Positions 35,567-44,370 of a stretch of 64,000 nucleotides of DNA are shown one piece after another; position 1 is the stretch's first letter; each line of letters opens with the position of its first letter. Where the stretch lies: assembly GCA_035489575.1 (NCBI GenBank), contig DATHJY010000013.1, positions 219,346 through 283,345 of the forward strand, in the 5' to 3' direction. The notes beneath the pieces are model-generated. The model ran no database searches and was not told where the DNA came from. It saw only the letters and a program-made list of their open reading frames with translations. Position numbers and translations under genes: made by a program. Origin of the DNA: Verrucomicrobiia bacterium (GTDB lineage: Bacteria; Patescibacteriota; Saccharimonadia; Saccharimonadales; JAGQNK01).

Positions 35567-36349
35567 CTATTTCTTCTGACGCTGCTTGATAGCCGCTAGT
35601 GTCAGTTGCGCACGAGCGCGGGCATAGGCGCAGTAGTCACACTCGCCACCCATCGCGGCCGATCCTACGGGCGGCATGTCGCCCTCCATGCACTGTTTCA
35701 TCTTCTCGAGCGTGGGCTCAACCCACGCGGCGTTCCCGATATAGGGAATGATTTTTGTCTTGAATTCTACCTTGTCATAAAATCCGTCCAGATCTATTCG
35801 TCCGTTTGCGTAGACAAAGTATCCGGTATCGTTTACCTCGAAGCCGTTTTGGCGCAGCAGCCATTGGTAGACCTCTAGTTGACGCTTGTAGCTTATCTGC
35901 CAATCAGAATCTATGCTCACTTCCCTGTCTTTGGCGGTCGCCTTGTAGTCGACAACTATCAGTTTTCCCTCGTCATCTACCCACGCGTCATCAATAGCCC
36001 CAAACACATGCAGGTTAGTCGGCTCATGGATCGAAACCACCCCCACAAAATTTTCCCGCCATTGATCTAGGTTGTCGTGCGTAAATGGTACTGCCTTGAC
36101 CCCGAACTCGACCATTATTGGATGCGGCTCACTTTTAGTGCGATAGCTGTCGAATTCTTTTTTGAGCAGCTCATCTATGGCTTTGTTGATATTGAACGGC
36201 GGGGTGTTGGGGCGGGTTATTTTGAGCCGTGTATCCAGCCAGAAACAGCGTGGACACTGCATATAGAGCTCAATCTTGCTGCGACTGACCTTGAATGGTG
36301 TTTTCTGGCCAGGCCGATATGGCTGGCTACGTTCCCTCCAGTAATTCAT
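35567..36349 (-). CDS. PD-(D/E)XK nuclease family protein with Cys clusters (Cas4/AddB-nuclease-like)
   Basis: 260 aa. CPRCFW lies near the N-terminus, IVVDYKATAK...YKRQLEVYQWLL forms the D..(D/E)xK..Q..Y core, and CMEGD...GGECDYCAY lies at the C-terminus. Four or more Cys are positioned as in Fe-S-binding Cas4-type nucleases. Confidence 0.65.
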   Translation of the reverse strand: MNYWRERSQPYRPGQKTPFKVSRSKIELYMQCPRCFWLDTRLKITRPNTPPFNINKAIDELLKKEFDSYRTKSEPHPIMVEFGVKAVPFTHDNLDQWRENFVGVVSIHEPTNLHVFGAIDDAWVDDEGKLIVVDYKATAKDREVSIDSDWQISYKRQLEVYQWLLRQNGFEVNDTGYFVYANGRIDLDGFYDKVEFKTKIIPYIGNAAWVEPTLEKMKQCMEGDMPPVGSAAMGGECDYCAYARARAQLTLAAIKQRQKK

Positions 36350-36356
36350 CAGAACT

Positions 36357-37055
36357 TTATTGTAGCAGTTTTCTGGCCAACGCGAGGCCTGCGGCTTCTG
36401 GCGAAAGGGCGTTTTCAGATACCATTAAATGCCTGAGGTTTTTCTGCGCAAAAAGTTGTTTCTCGGCGTCCGACCACCCGCCCTCGGGCGCTATCAAGAC
36501 ACCACAGCGGCTGGCGAGTTTTTGGGGCGTGCCCTCCGACTGTTCCGGCTTATACATATACAGCTCTACTTTATCCCCTAGCTGGTCCAGGGCGGTTGCA
36601 ACACGCATAGGTTCACGCACCGTAGGTACATCGCTTCGCCCAGATGCTTCGGCTTCACGCCGTACACTCTTCATTGCTTCTTGGTGGCTAAAGTCGACTT
36701 TTTCCGCCCCGCCTACTAGCAACGGCACGAAGTGACTCACTCCCAGGGCAGTAGCCTTGCGAAGCAGTTCATCGTTTCTCTTGCTGTCTCGTAGTGACCA
36801 CAGCAGATACACCTGCCGCTTAGGCAGCCTACGCTCAAAGTCAGTTACATACAGAAGGCGCGCTTCTGTTTTTTCTAGCTTTTCGATGCGATATAAACGC
36901 TCATGTTGCTGTCCATCGAACAGAATAACCTGCTCGCCAGCCTTAATTTCAGCAGCATGCCATCGCTCCAACAAATCCTGATCATGTAACCAGAAATCAT
37001 GCTTGAGTTCGACATTCTGTACGTAGAAACGGTGTAATGTATCTGCCTCTGGCAT
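36357..37055 (-). CDS. rsmE: 16S rRNA (uracil1498-N3)-methyltransferase RsmE family
   Basis: 232 aa. It has the HRFYV start and the C-terminal VLIAPEGGWSDAEKQLF motif of the RsmE SPOUT methyltransferases. Confidence 0.85.
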   Translation of the reverse strand: MPEADTLHRFYVQNVELKHDFWLHDQDLLERWHAAEIKAGEQVILFDGQQHERLYRIEKLEKTEARLLYVTDFERRLPKRQVYLLWSLRDSKRNDELLRKATALGVSHFVPLLVGGAEKVDFSHQEAMKSVRREAEASGRSDVPTVREPMRVATALDQLGDKVELYMYKPEQSEGTPQKLASRCGVLIAPEGGWSDAEKQLFAQKNLRHLMVSENALSPEAAGLALARKLLQ

Positions 37056-37079
37056 AGCGAGCCTGCGACCGTTGACCGA

Positions 37080-38024
37080 CTAGCGAATACCGGCTATCAA
37101 GATTGCAGCAAAAGCTACCTTTGTCAGCACACCTATGACGGCGTAGTTGCGCTCTACTACCGTGTAGCTGGCGCTTGTACCACTCTTCTTGAATTGTTGG
37201 CGTTGATTCCAGGCAATAAGACTAAACCCAGCCAAGCTTGAGGCATAGAGAGCGTATACGTACCATGGCGAGCGAACAGCTCCATAGACTACGGTCGACA
37301 CAGCATAAGCTGCCAGCAGCACCCAAGGCAATACCCCGCTGAACAAACTCACCGCGTAAGCACTCCAAACAGGCCTATCGCTGGCATTATTTTGGCGCTC
37401 TGCAACCAGACCAAGCAAACAAGTTACGAGCATCAGACCGCCCATAAGCTTCAGTACGAATAGATCCTGAACGCCACTCAAAAGCGCAATAGTCTCTACC
37501 ATCAGGGCCGCCGTAACACCTAGATCCAGCCATCGGTATGGAACCATCCGCGTATTACGCACGTAGGTGCTGTAGGCTTGCTCCAGTTTTGTGATATACA
37601 GCAGAGGCAACACAGCAGATACCAGCATGGTTGCGACTACGAGCCATCGCACCTCGATGTCGTATAGCACGTGCACGGCTGGTGCGAATACAGTAGTGTC
37701 TATGCTTGCCAGATCGTCACGAGCCCAGAGACCAACAGTAGTTTGGTAACTGCTTGAACCCATCATAACTCCCGCCAGTAGGGCAAGCAGTACAAACGCA
37801 ACTGCTGATACAATATGCCATTTGCGTAGACTCAGCATACTTGGCGCTGATTTTGAGGTTGTTGTTACCACGCTTGCGGATACTGACCTTGTAGCTTTCT
37901 TTGTTGCGGGCTTTTTAGTCGCTGCAGCTTTGGTAGTTTTGGTTTTTGCCTTGGTAGATTTCTTTGTAGTTGTAGCCATGTAAAGGAGTATACCAGAATT
38001 TTGAGAGGGAATATCCCCTCTCAA
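37080..38024 (-). CDS. Heliorhodopsin-like 7-TM protein with a Lys/Thr/Ala-rich N-terminal tail
   Basis: 314-aa ORF (an alternative ATG at 37979 gives MATTTKKSTKAKTKTTKAAATKKPATKKA...). I count seven hydrophobic helices, a long TM1-TM2 loop, YRWLDLGVTAALMVETIALLSG in TM3 (compare the RWVEY region of heliorhodopsin 48C12 as I recall it), and a Lys in mid-TM7 (ERNYAVIGVLTKVAFAA), where the retinal Schiff-base Lys sits. Aligned from memory. Confidence 0.55.
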   Translation of the reverse strand: MRGDIPSQNSGILLYMATTTKKSTKAKTKTTKAAATKKPATKKATRSVSASVVTTTSKSAPSMLSLRKWHIVSAVAFVLLALLAGVMMGSSSYQTTVGLWARDDLASIDTTVFAPAVHVLYDIEVRWLVVATMLVSAVLPLLYITKLEQAYSTYVRNTRMVPYRWLDLGVTAALMVETIALLSGVQDLFVLKLMGGLMLVTCLLGLVAERQNNASDRPVWSAYAVSLFSGVLPWVLLAAYAVSTVVYGAVRSPWYVYALYASSLAGFSLIAWNQRQQFKKSGTSASYTVVERNYAVIGVLTKVAFAAILIAGIR

Positions 38025-38070
38025 CGCGCGGCGCTCGAAATAAATTCAAGCTCCGGCTGCTCTCCCCTGG

Positions 38071-38553
38071 CTACGACAGGGCCTTATAGGGTACGTGGCA
38101 CATGCCGTGCCCTGTTTTCTCGGCAAACTTTTGGTGATATTCCTCTGCTGGATAGAATTCTGAGGCGGCTGTTATTTCGGTCACGATGGGCTTGTCGAAC
38201 GCCCGCCCTGACTCGTCACGAAGGACTGTGGCTATGGTCCGCTGGTGGTCATCCATGACAAAAAGAGCACTACGATAACTATCACCAATGTCTGGCCCTT
38301 GCCTATTTAGTTGCGTGGGATCGTGCATGTAGAAGAACTGCCTTACGAGCGTCTCATAACTTACCACCTTCGGGTCAAACTCAATCAATACCGCTTCTGC
38401 GTGGCCCGTTGTATGTGTGAGGACCTGCTCGTAAGCAGGGTTTTTGGTATTCCCACCCGTATAGCCAGCTGTAGTTTTTACGACGCCTGGTACCTGGTCA
38501 AAATAGTATTGCACACCCCAGAAGCAACCAGCCGCAAATAATGCCTGTTCCAT
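38071..38553 (-). CDS. msrA: Peptide methionine (S)-sulfoxide reductase MsrA
   Basis: 160 aa. The active-site GCFWG motif (LFAAGCFWGVQYYF) and the GYTGG and HAEAV motifs are present. Confidence 0.95.
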   Translation of the reverse strand: MEQALFAAGCFWGVQYYFDQVPGVVKTTAGYTGGNTKNPAYEQVLTHTTGHAEAVLIEFDPKVVSYETLVRQFFYMHDPTQLNRQGPDIGDSYRSALFVMDDHQRTIATVLRDESGRAFDKPIVTEITAASEFYPAEEYHQKFAEKTGHGMCHVPYKALS

Positions 38554-38646
38554 AGTACCTTAGTATAATGCAGGATTTAACCTTGTGCTTTTAATGCTTT
38601 ATGATAATAATTAATCACCAAATCAAATATAAGGAGGGTTATCCAT

Positions 38647-39132
38647 ATGAAGCAAGGACTAAAAGTAGCAGCACTTGTTGCAGTAAGTCTTGGAATTATC
38701 GCCGGGCCCATGACGTACAAAGCCAACGCAGCCTCTACTACGTATGTTGTAGATCCTGCCTTCGAGGCCTGCACACAGAAAGTTCTCGTTGAACAGCGAC
38801 GTCCCTTCAAGAAAGACAACTGCGCAGAACGCGTTCAGCGATTTTTGAACCAGTATAAATTCCTGATGGGTGCAAATGGCGATAGCAACAAGGTGCCTCG
38901 CGCATGGACGACATTAGCAATTGATAAAAAGTATGGACCCCTCACCCGCAAAACCGTGCAAGAATACCAGCGACTCAAGCAAAACGACTCAGACCCCAGC
39001 GCCCACTCCGGACCAGTAGACGGCAAAGTTGGTAAGCTTACCTGGGCAAGCATCAGAAGAGACTGCGTTGATACTTGGGCAGCACGCAACTTCCGCTCTA
39101 ATGTCTGCTACAAACGTGTTACCAATCGCTAA
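38647..39132 (+). CDS. Secreted protein with a peptidoglycan-binding (PG_binding_1-like) repeat
   Basis: 161 aa. It has a signal peptide MKQGLKVAALVAVSLGIIAGPMTYKANA, and IDKKYGPLTRKTVQEYQ...VDGKVGKLTWASI resembles the PGRP-type peptidoglycan-binding helical repeat. Confidence 0.6.
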   Translation: MKQGLKVAALVAVSLGIIAGPMTYKANAASTTYVVDPAFEACTQKVLVEQRRPFKKDNCAERVQRFLNQYKFLMGANGDSNKVPRAWTTLAIDKKYGPLTRKTVQEYQRLKQNDSDPSAHSGPVDGKVGKLTWASIRRDCVDTWAARNFRSNVCYKRVTNR

Positions 39133-39337
39133 GAACCTGTTCAAGATCTCGCTTTTGATTCCAAGCTCGTCCTATTTCGAGTGACAATTCGTTCTGGATT
39201 GTCTTTCCCCCATGAAACAGGTTTCGCAGGGACCCCGTCTGGCGTAACCGTAGTTACGTTACGGCTGACGAGCCAGAGCGAATTGGCGCCGGAAGGGGTG
39301 GGTTTGAGGCAAAATTGGAAACCTTGACAGGCTCTAA

Positions 39338-39796
39338 CTAGGCAATGTCTACAATCTTGTAAAAGGCTGTTTCGGCAGGGGTTTTGATCTCTACTTCTTC
39401 ACCTTCTTTTTTGCCCAGTAGGGCACGACCGATAGGTGACTCGTCTGATATCTTCCCATTCAAAGGATCGGCTTCTACTGTTCCAACCACTTGGAACTCT
39501 TTGGTGCGACCATTGCTGGCAAGCTGAACCATTGAACCCAGCTGGACTTTGCTGTCCCCTTTGGGTTTTTTAATGATTTCTACATTTTGCAAAATATTCT
39601 CAACCTCGGCAATTCTGCTCTCTACTCGTTCTTGCTCTTGTCTAGCAGAACTATACTCGGCATTTTCGCTCAGGTCACCAAACTCTCGGGCAGTTTTGAT
39701 ACGTTCGGCAATAGGACCACGCTGAGCGGTTAATTCCGCTAGCTCGGCCTGTAGTTCAGTTACGCCCTCGTTGGTTAGGTAAAATTGTTTTTTCAT
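39338..39796 (-). CDS. greA: Transcription elongation factor GreA
   Basis: 152 aa. It has the coiled-coil N-terminus with DLSENAEYSSARQEQ and a C-terminal FKBP-like domain ending in ESPIGRALLGKKEGEEV. Confidence 0.95.
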   Translation of the reverse strand: MKKQFYLTNEGVTELQAELAELTAQRGPIAERIKTAREFGDLSENAEYSSARQEQERVESRIAEVENILQNVEIIKKPKGDSKVQLGSMVQLASNGRTKEFQVVGTVEADPLNGKISDESPIGRALLGKKEGEEVEIKTPAETAFYKIVDIA

Positions 39797-39863
39797 ACTA
39801 AGATGCTCTCCTTTCAGATGGTCTGATTCTCTGTCCCACGGTTAATATTATTGTAACAAATAA

Positions 39864-41570
39864 TTACTTCTTGGTCAGCGCCTGGACCAGTTCATCGATA
39901 CCCATAGTGCGTGCGTGTTCTTCAGTACGCGCTTTGAGTTCGTGCTGGCTGGCTTCTACCGTTTTCTTACTGACCACTATCCTATATGGGATGCCCATCA
40001 GGTCTGCATCTGCAAATTTCTCGCCCGGACGCATGTCGCGGTCATCATATAGTACCGCAACCCTGGCCTCAGTCAAGCGATTATATATCTCATCCGCTGT
40101 CTTTACGACATCTGCCTCATTTCCAATGCGAACGATGGATACCCTTGCAGGAGCGACATTTTCCGGCCATATAAGCCCTCTTTCATCAGAAAACTTCTCT
40201 GCCACAACCCCCATGAGTCGTGAGACACCAATGCCATAGGAACCCAGGTGCACGAATTGCTTCTCGCCTGCCTCGTTAGTGAAGGTAAAATTCATGTCTT
40301 CGCTTTTTTGGGTACCAAAGTTGAAGATATTACCCACCTCTGCAGTCTTCTGTACAGAATACACCTCTCCGGTATCTGGATGCCTATCACCCTGACGAGC
40401 CACCTTGATGTCATGGTAGGTGTCTGGCTCGGGCAGATCACGTCCCCAGTTCACGTTGATACTGTGATGGTGCGTGTGGTTTGCCCCCATCTCGAAATTA
40501 GCCCTATCCTGACACGACTCATCTACAACGATCTGCACATCCCCTGACAGCCCAAGCAGACCAGCATAGCCCACTTCGGCTCCAGTGACTCGCTTCACGG
40601 TTGCCTCGTCCGCAAGCGCAATACTGGCCGCACCCACCACCGCCTTTAACTTGTCTTCGTTGATGTCATAGCCGCCACGCACTGCTGCGGCTACCACTTT
40701 GCCGGCATCGGTTACATAGAGCATGGTCTTTGTGGTTTTTTCTACTGGGATCTTCAGAAACTTGGCGAGTGGCTCAACCCCAATGAGGTCTTTGCCCTCG
40801 ACCTCTTCCATAGGCAGAGGAATTTCGTCAGATTTTACGGCCGGTGCTTGCGCAGGAGCGATTTCTTGGTTAAACGCCTCGCCTGTTGAGGGGATCTGGA
40901 AGATATAATCTTCACCGGCGTCACAGACGGTCTGGAACTCGTGGCTAAACTGCGTAAAAGCTCCGCCGCTGGCAAAAGTGATATGTGTGTCATCTTTAAG
41001 CCCGAGCCTTTCATAGACGCGCATATAGGCTTCTATGGAGGCCTGGTAGAACTTTTCGTGGTGCTCTGCGTCAACACTACACGAGTACATATCTTTCATG
41101 AGGAATTCGCGACCACGCATGACACCACTCTTGGCGCGCAGCTCATTGCGCAACTTGGTTTGGAATTGATAGACAGTAATGGGCAGGTCCCGATAGCTGC
41201 CAAGATGCTGCTTGATCATCTCTATAATGGGCTCTTCGTGTGACCACCCAAACCCAACTTCGCTCCCATCCTTCAGCTTAGATTTAAACCAAATATCAAC
41301 AATCTCGTCATTCCAGCGATCAGTCACTTCCCAGGTCGCCTTCGGCTGTAAGCTGGTCATGAGTAGCTCCTGCCCTCCTATGACGTCCATCTCTTCGCGT
41401 ACGATCTGTTTGATATTCTCGATAACCATCAAACCAAGTGGCAAGTAACTGTACGCTCCAGCCATTTCTTTGTGGATATAACCAGCCCGGATAAGCAGTT
41501 GGGCATTTTTAGCCTTCTCATCTGCCGGGACGTTTTTGCGCGTCTTGGTAAATAACACTGATAGTCTCAT
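39864..41570 (-). CDS. proS: Proline--tRNA ligase (bacterial type with editing insertion)
   Basis: 568 aa. MRLSVLFTKTRKNVPADEKAKNAQLLIRAGYI, class II motifs (FRNELRAKSGVMRGREF) and the GSYGIGVSRLMG motif. Confidence 0.95.
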   Translation of the reverse strand: MRLSVLFTKTRKNVPADEKAKNAQLLIRAGYIHKEMAGAYSYLPLGLMVIENIKQIVREEMDVIGGQELLMTSLQPKATWEVTDRWNDEIVDIWFKSKLKDGSEVGFGWSHEEPIIEMIKQHLGSYRDLPITVYQFQTKLRNELRAKSGVMRGREFLMKDMYSCSVDAEHHEKFYQASIEAYMRVYERLGLKDDTHITFASGGAFTQFSHEFQTVCDAGEDYIFQIPSTGEAFNQEIAPAQAPAVKSDEIPLPMEEVEGKDLIGVEPLAKFLKIPVEKTTKTMLYVTDAGKVVAAAVRGGYDINEDKLKAVVGAASIALADEATVKRVTGAEVGYAGLLGLSGDVQIVVDESCQDRANFEMGANHTHHHSINVNWGRDLPEPDTYHDIKVARQGDRHPDTGEVYSVQKTAEVGNIFNFGTQKSEDMNFTFTNEAGEKQFVHLGSYGIGVSRLMGVVAEKFSDERGLIWPENVAPARVSIVRIGNEADVVKTADEIYNRLTEARVAVLYDDRDMRPGEKFADADLMGIPYRIVVSKKTVEASQHELKARTEEHARTMGIDELVQALTKK

Positions 41571-41604
41571 CTATTCATCTCCCTGTTAAACACTATAAAA
41601 TCTG

Positions 41605-41634
41605 AGCAAAGAAAATTTACGGCCGAGGGGCCGG
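41605..41634 (-). terminator. Intrinsic-terminator-like GC hairpin plus U-tract between the CPBP gene and proS
   Basis: Read on the minus strand: cggcc-cctc-ggccg (41633-41620), followed by taaattttctttgc. Confidence 0.4.
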
Positions 41635-41712
41635 CATGGGGCACTGATAAGTACAGAGGAGGTGCTGTTTGTGCATGTTGACGACATTGTAGCAAAAAAG
41701 TCCACCCTTGTC

Positions 41713-42495
41713 CTAGCTAACATGGAAGATAAACAGCACCGAGAAGGCTGCTAGGTTCTTGAACATATGGATATAAATAGCCGGCCACAGGCTGCCAGCC
41801 TTTTGGCGCACATACACCAAGACCAGCGACAAGACGAGCGTATCCGCGGCTGCGATCCACAGCAGCTGGCTGCCGGTACCAAACTGCAGGTGGGCCGCGG
41901 CAAAGAGAATACTGGTTATGAGCGCCGCAATAGCCAAGGGCAAACGAGATCGTAAGCCGGTGTAGAGGAACCCCCTGCAGATTATTTCTTCAACCAGCGG
42001 CGGCAAGATAACCAAACTGATAAATATCAGCCCCAGCTCGGGCAGCGTATTACCCGCCTTGCCAAAGCCTATTTGCTGCTCCTGCCCCACGTCCACCGCA
42101 TTCACGAACCGCTCGAAGAACATACTCAGGCCCAAGAAACAGACAAAATAGAACACATATCCCTTGGCAGCCGTCCAGACATCTTGCGCCCGAGGACGAA
42201 TAAGCCCGATATCAGCCCAACCGGACTTGCGGCTTTTCAGAAACTTCCAGATAAGCCACACGCTGACAGCTTCTGTAATAACCACAGCTATAAATTGTGC
42301 ATCTACAGAATTAGTAACCCACTGGTCCCGCTGTGCCGCCGTCCACCCCCGCATGCCTGGGTATAGTGCAATAAAGACTCCGGCGCAGATTTGGGCCGCG
42401 AAATAGACAGCCACTGTCACAAACACAGCGGCTATAGGACCCCAATGAACCCTTCGGCCTGGGTCGCCCGGTTGCTTTTCTGTCACCTGCTCCAT
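41713..42495 (-). CDS. CPBP family intramembrane glutamic endopeptidase (CAAX/Abi-type)
   Basis: 260 aa, multi-TM. PPLVEEIICRGFLY (EExxxR motif) and ILFAAAHL (FxxxH motif). Confidence 0.85.
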   Translation of the reverse strand: MEQVTEKQPGDPGRRVHWGPIAAVFVTVAVYFAAQICAGVFIALYPGMRGWTAAQRDQWVTNSVDAQFIAVVITEAVSVWLIWKFLKSRKSGWADIGLIRPRAQDVWTAAKGYVFYFVCFLGLSMFFERFVNAVDVGQEQQIGFGKAGNTLPELGLIFISLVILPPLVEEIICRGFLYTGLRSRLPLAIAALITSILFAAAHLQFGTGSQLLWIAAADTLVLSLVLVYVRQKAGSLWPAIYIHMFKNLAAFSVLFIFHVS

Positions 42496-42497
42496 AC

Positions 42498-43622
42498 CTA
42501 GAAGAACCGTTTTACGTCGACAACCGTGATCAGCAAGAATAAGAGCATGAGGACCGCAAATCCCGTGCCATGGATAAAGTCTTCGGTTCGCTGCGACAGC
42601 GGCTTACGCAAGCCGTGATATATCAACGTCACAAAGAGCCGTCCGCCATCTAGGGCCGGTATGGGTAGGATATTCATAATTGCGAGCGTCAGCGAGATGA
42701 TAGCGATAATGAGCAGCACAAATTGATATCCCATAAGACTGCCGTTACGCAATATAAAGAAAATGCCGACCGGGCCGCTCACTTGCTCGCTTGCCTTGCC
42801 GGTCTCTCCCTTAAAGAGGTTGCCCAAGGCACTGCCCAGGCCCTTGAAGGTTTCTACGGTAAATTGTTTTATCAATCCCCCGGCTACAATTGGTGCCGAC
42901 CATGTTGACCGCCGCAAGACGTATTCCGAAGGTGACACGCCCAGGTATCCTTTGGGTTCGTCTGATTTCTTGCTCGACTCTACCTCGTCTTTTGTCCGCA
43001 AGACCGTGGATGCAGTGGTTGTCTTGCCGTCCCTGACATAGGTAATCTGCACTTCTTTACCTGCAAATTGCTGAGTCAGATCAGGCAAGGGTTCTCCTGA
43101 CGAAAGCTCTCGGACGGTGTCACCCTGACGGATAAATAAGAGCTGATCCCTCTCCTGCAAGCCCGCCTTTTGGGCCGGTGAGTCGGCTTCGACAGTAGCC
43201 ACAAGCAGCTTTTGTTGGGTGACCTTAGTGTCACGCGCCACGGTGAATTGGTTATCGAGCAGTTGCGGCATGCCAGCGACCGCCACAATAGTCAGCACTA
43301 CAAAGGCGGTTGCCAAATTCATGACCACCCCTGCTACCATAATATATATCTTGGTATTTAGACGAGCTGCACCAAAACTACCCGGCTCTTTATCGGCATC
43401 ATGCTCGCCCTTCAGGCGCACAAATCCGCCCAAGGGCAGCCAGTTGAGCGTATATTCGGTACCGTGCTTTTTGGTCAGTACTTTGGCGCGCGGCGGAAAG
43501 CCAATGCCAAATTCTTCCACCTTAACCCCGCCACGGCGGGCCATCACAAAGTGACCGATCTCATGAATTACCACCAGCCCAACAAACAGGAACAACCCAA
43601 TTACAAGTAAGAATATAGACAT
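42498..43622 (-). CDS. rseP: RIP metalloprotease RseP (M50 site-2 protease) with PDZ domain
   Basis: 374 aa with HEIGHFVMAR (HExxH in TM1), a PDZ-like SPAQKAGLQERDQLL stretch, and the NILPIPALDGG motif. Confidence 0.9.
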   Translation of the reverse strand: MSIFLLVIGLFLFVGLVVIHEIGHFVMARRGGVKVEEFGIGFPPRAKVLTKKHGTEYTLNWLPLGGFVRLKGEHDADKEPGSFGAARLNTKIYIMVAGVVMNLATAFVVLTIVAVAGMPQLLDNQFTVARDTKVTQQKLLVATVEADSPAQKAGLQERDQLLFIRQGDTVRELSSGEPLPDLTQQFAGKEVQITYVRDGKTTTASTVLRTKDEVESSKKSDEPKGYLGVSPSEYVLRRSTWSAPIVAGGLIKQFTVETFKGLGSALGNLFKGETGKASEQVSGPVGIFFILRNGSLMGYQFVLLIIAIISLTLAIMNILPIPALDGGRLFVTLIYHGLRKPLSQRTEDFIHGTGFAVLMLLFLLITVVDVKRFF

Positions 43623-43656
43623 GTGTGACTAGTATATAGTTTTTTGCCTTATGCTT

Positions 43657-44361
43657 CTAGCGTCCGATGCGTCGTTCGCGGTCGCTATATTCGGCCAGAA
43701 CCCTATCCAGATCTTGTTCGCTAAAGTCTGGCCAAAATTTGTCGACAAAGCAAAGCTCGGCATAAGCCGACCGATACAACATAAAACCACTCAATCGTTG
43801 CTCGCCAGACGTACGAATCAGCAGGTCAACCGGAGGGACGGCTGGAGCGTAGAGTGCCTGCTCAAAAACCTCCTTGGTAATCTCTTCTGCTTTTTTGCCC
43901 GCTGTTATCAAAGCACGGGTAGCATCCAAGATTTCTTGCTGGCCTCCATAATTAAAGCAGAGCGCCAGTGTACCCCCGGTATTATCCTGTGTTTCGCGTA
44001 CGGCCTTCTGAATACCGTTCAGTAGTTTTTTACCAATGCGATCTTTGCTGCCAAGCCAGGCTAGCCGAATATTTTCTTTTTGGAGGTCTTTCAGGTCCCT
44101 ATCCAAGAAATGGGATGCCAATCCCATCAAGTGCTCGACCTCATCGGCAGTGCGGTGCCAATTTTCCGTAGAGAATACAAAAACCGAGACATACTTTACG
44201 CCCCTATCGAACGCAGCCTTCGAAATAGCTTTTAGGGCTGTGTGGCCTCTTCTGTGCCCTTCGAGTACTGGTAGGCCGTTTTCCTTAGCCCATCGACGAT
44301 TGCCGTCCAATACAAACCCAACGTGATTTGGTATGTAACTTGGGTTAGTCATATGTGTCAA
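43657..44361 (-). CDS. uppS: Isoprenyl transferase (undecaprenyl diphosphate synthase)
   Basis: 234 aa with HVGFVLDGNRRWAKENGLP, FSTENWHR and IRTSGEQRLSGFMLYRSAYAEL motifs. Confidence 0.95.
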   Translation of the reverse strand: MTHMTNPSYIPNHVGFVLDGNRRWAKENGLPVLEGHRRGHTALKAISKAAFDRGVKYVSVFVFSTENWHRTADEVEHLMGLASHFLDRDLKDLQKENIRLAWLGSKDRIGKKLLNGIQKAVRETQDNTGGTLALCFNYGGQQEILDATRALITAGKKAEEITKEVFEQALYAPAVPPVDLLIRTSGEQRLSGFMLYRSAYAELCFVDKFWPDFSEQDLDRVLAEYSDRERRIGR

Positions 44362-44370
44362 ATTGGCTTT

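Noticed and set aside
39238-39290. A hammerhead-ribozyme-like CUGACGA motif (39265-39271) flanked by helices.
   Set aside because: The required GAAA element and a credible helix II between CUGANGA and GAAA are missing. The sequence reads cgaau, with only a 1-bp closing pair. The helices are better explained as terminator-type hairpins.
41571-41712. A T-box riboswitch upstream of proS.
   Set aside because: The leader is only ~140 nt and is largely taken up by a simple GC hairpin plus U-tract (the terminator of the upstream gene). I could find no specifier loop or T-box consensus (AGGGUGGNACCGCG-like) sequence.
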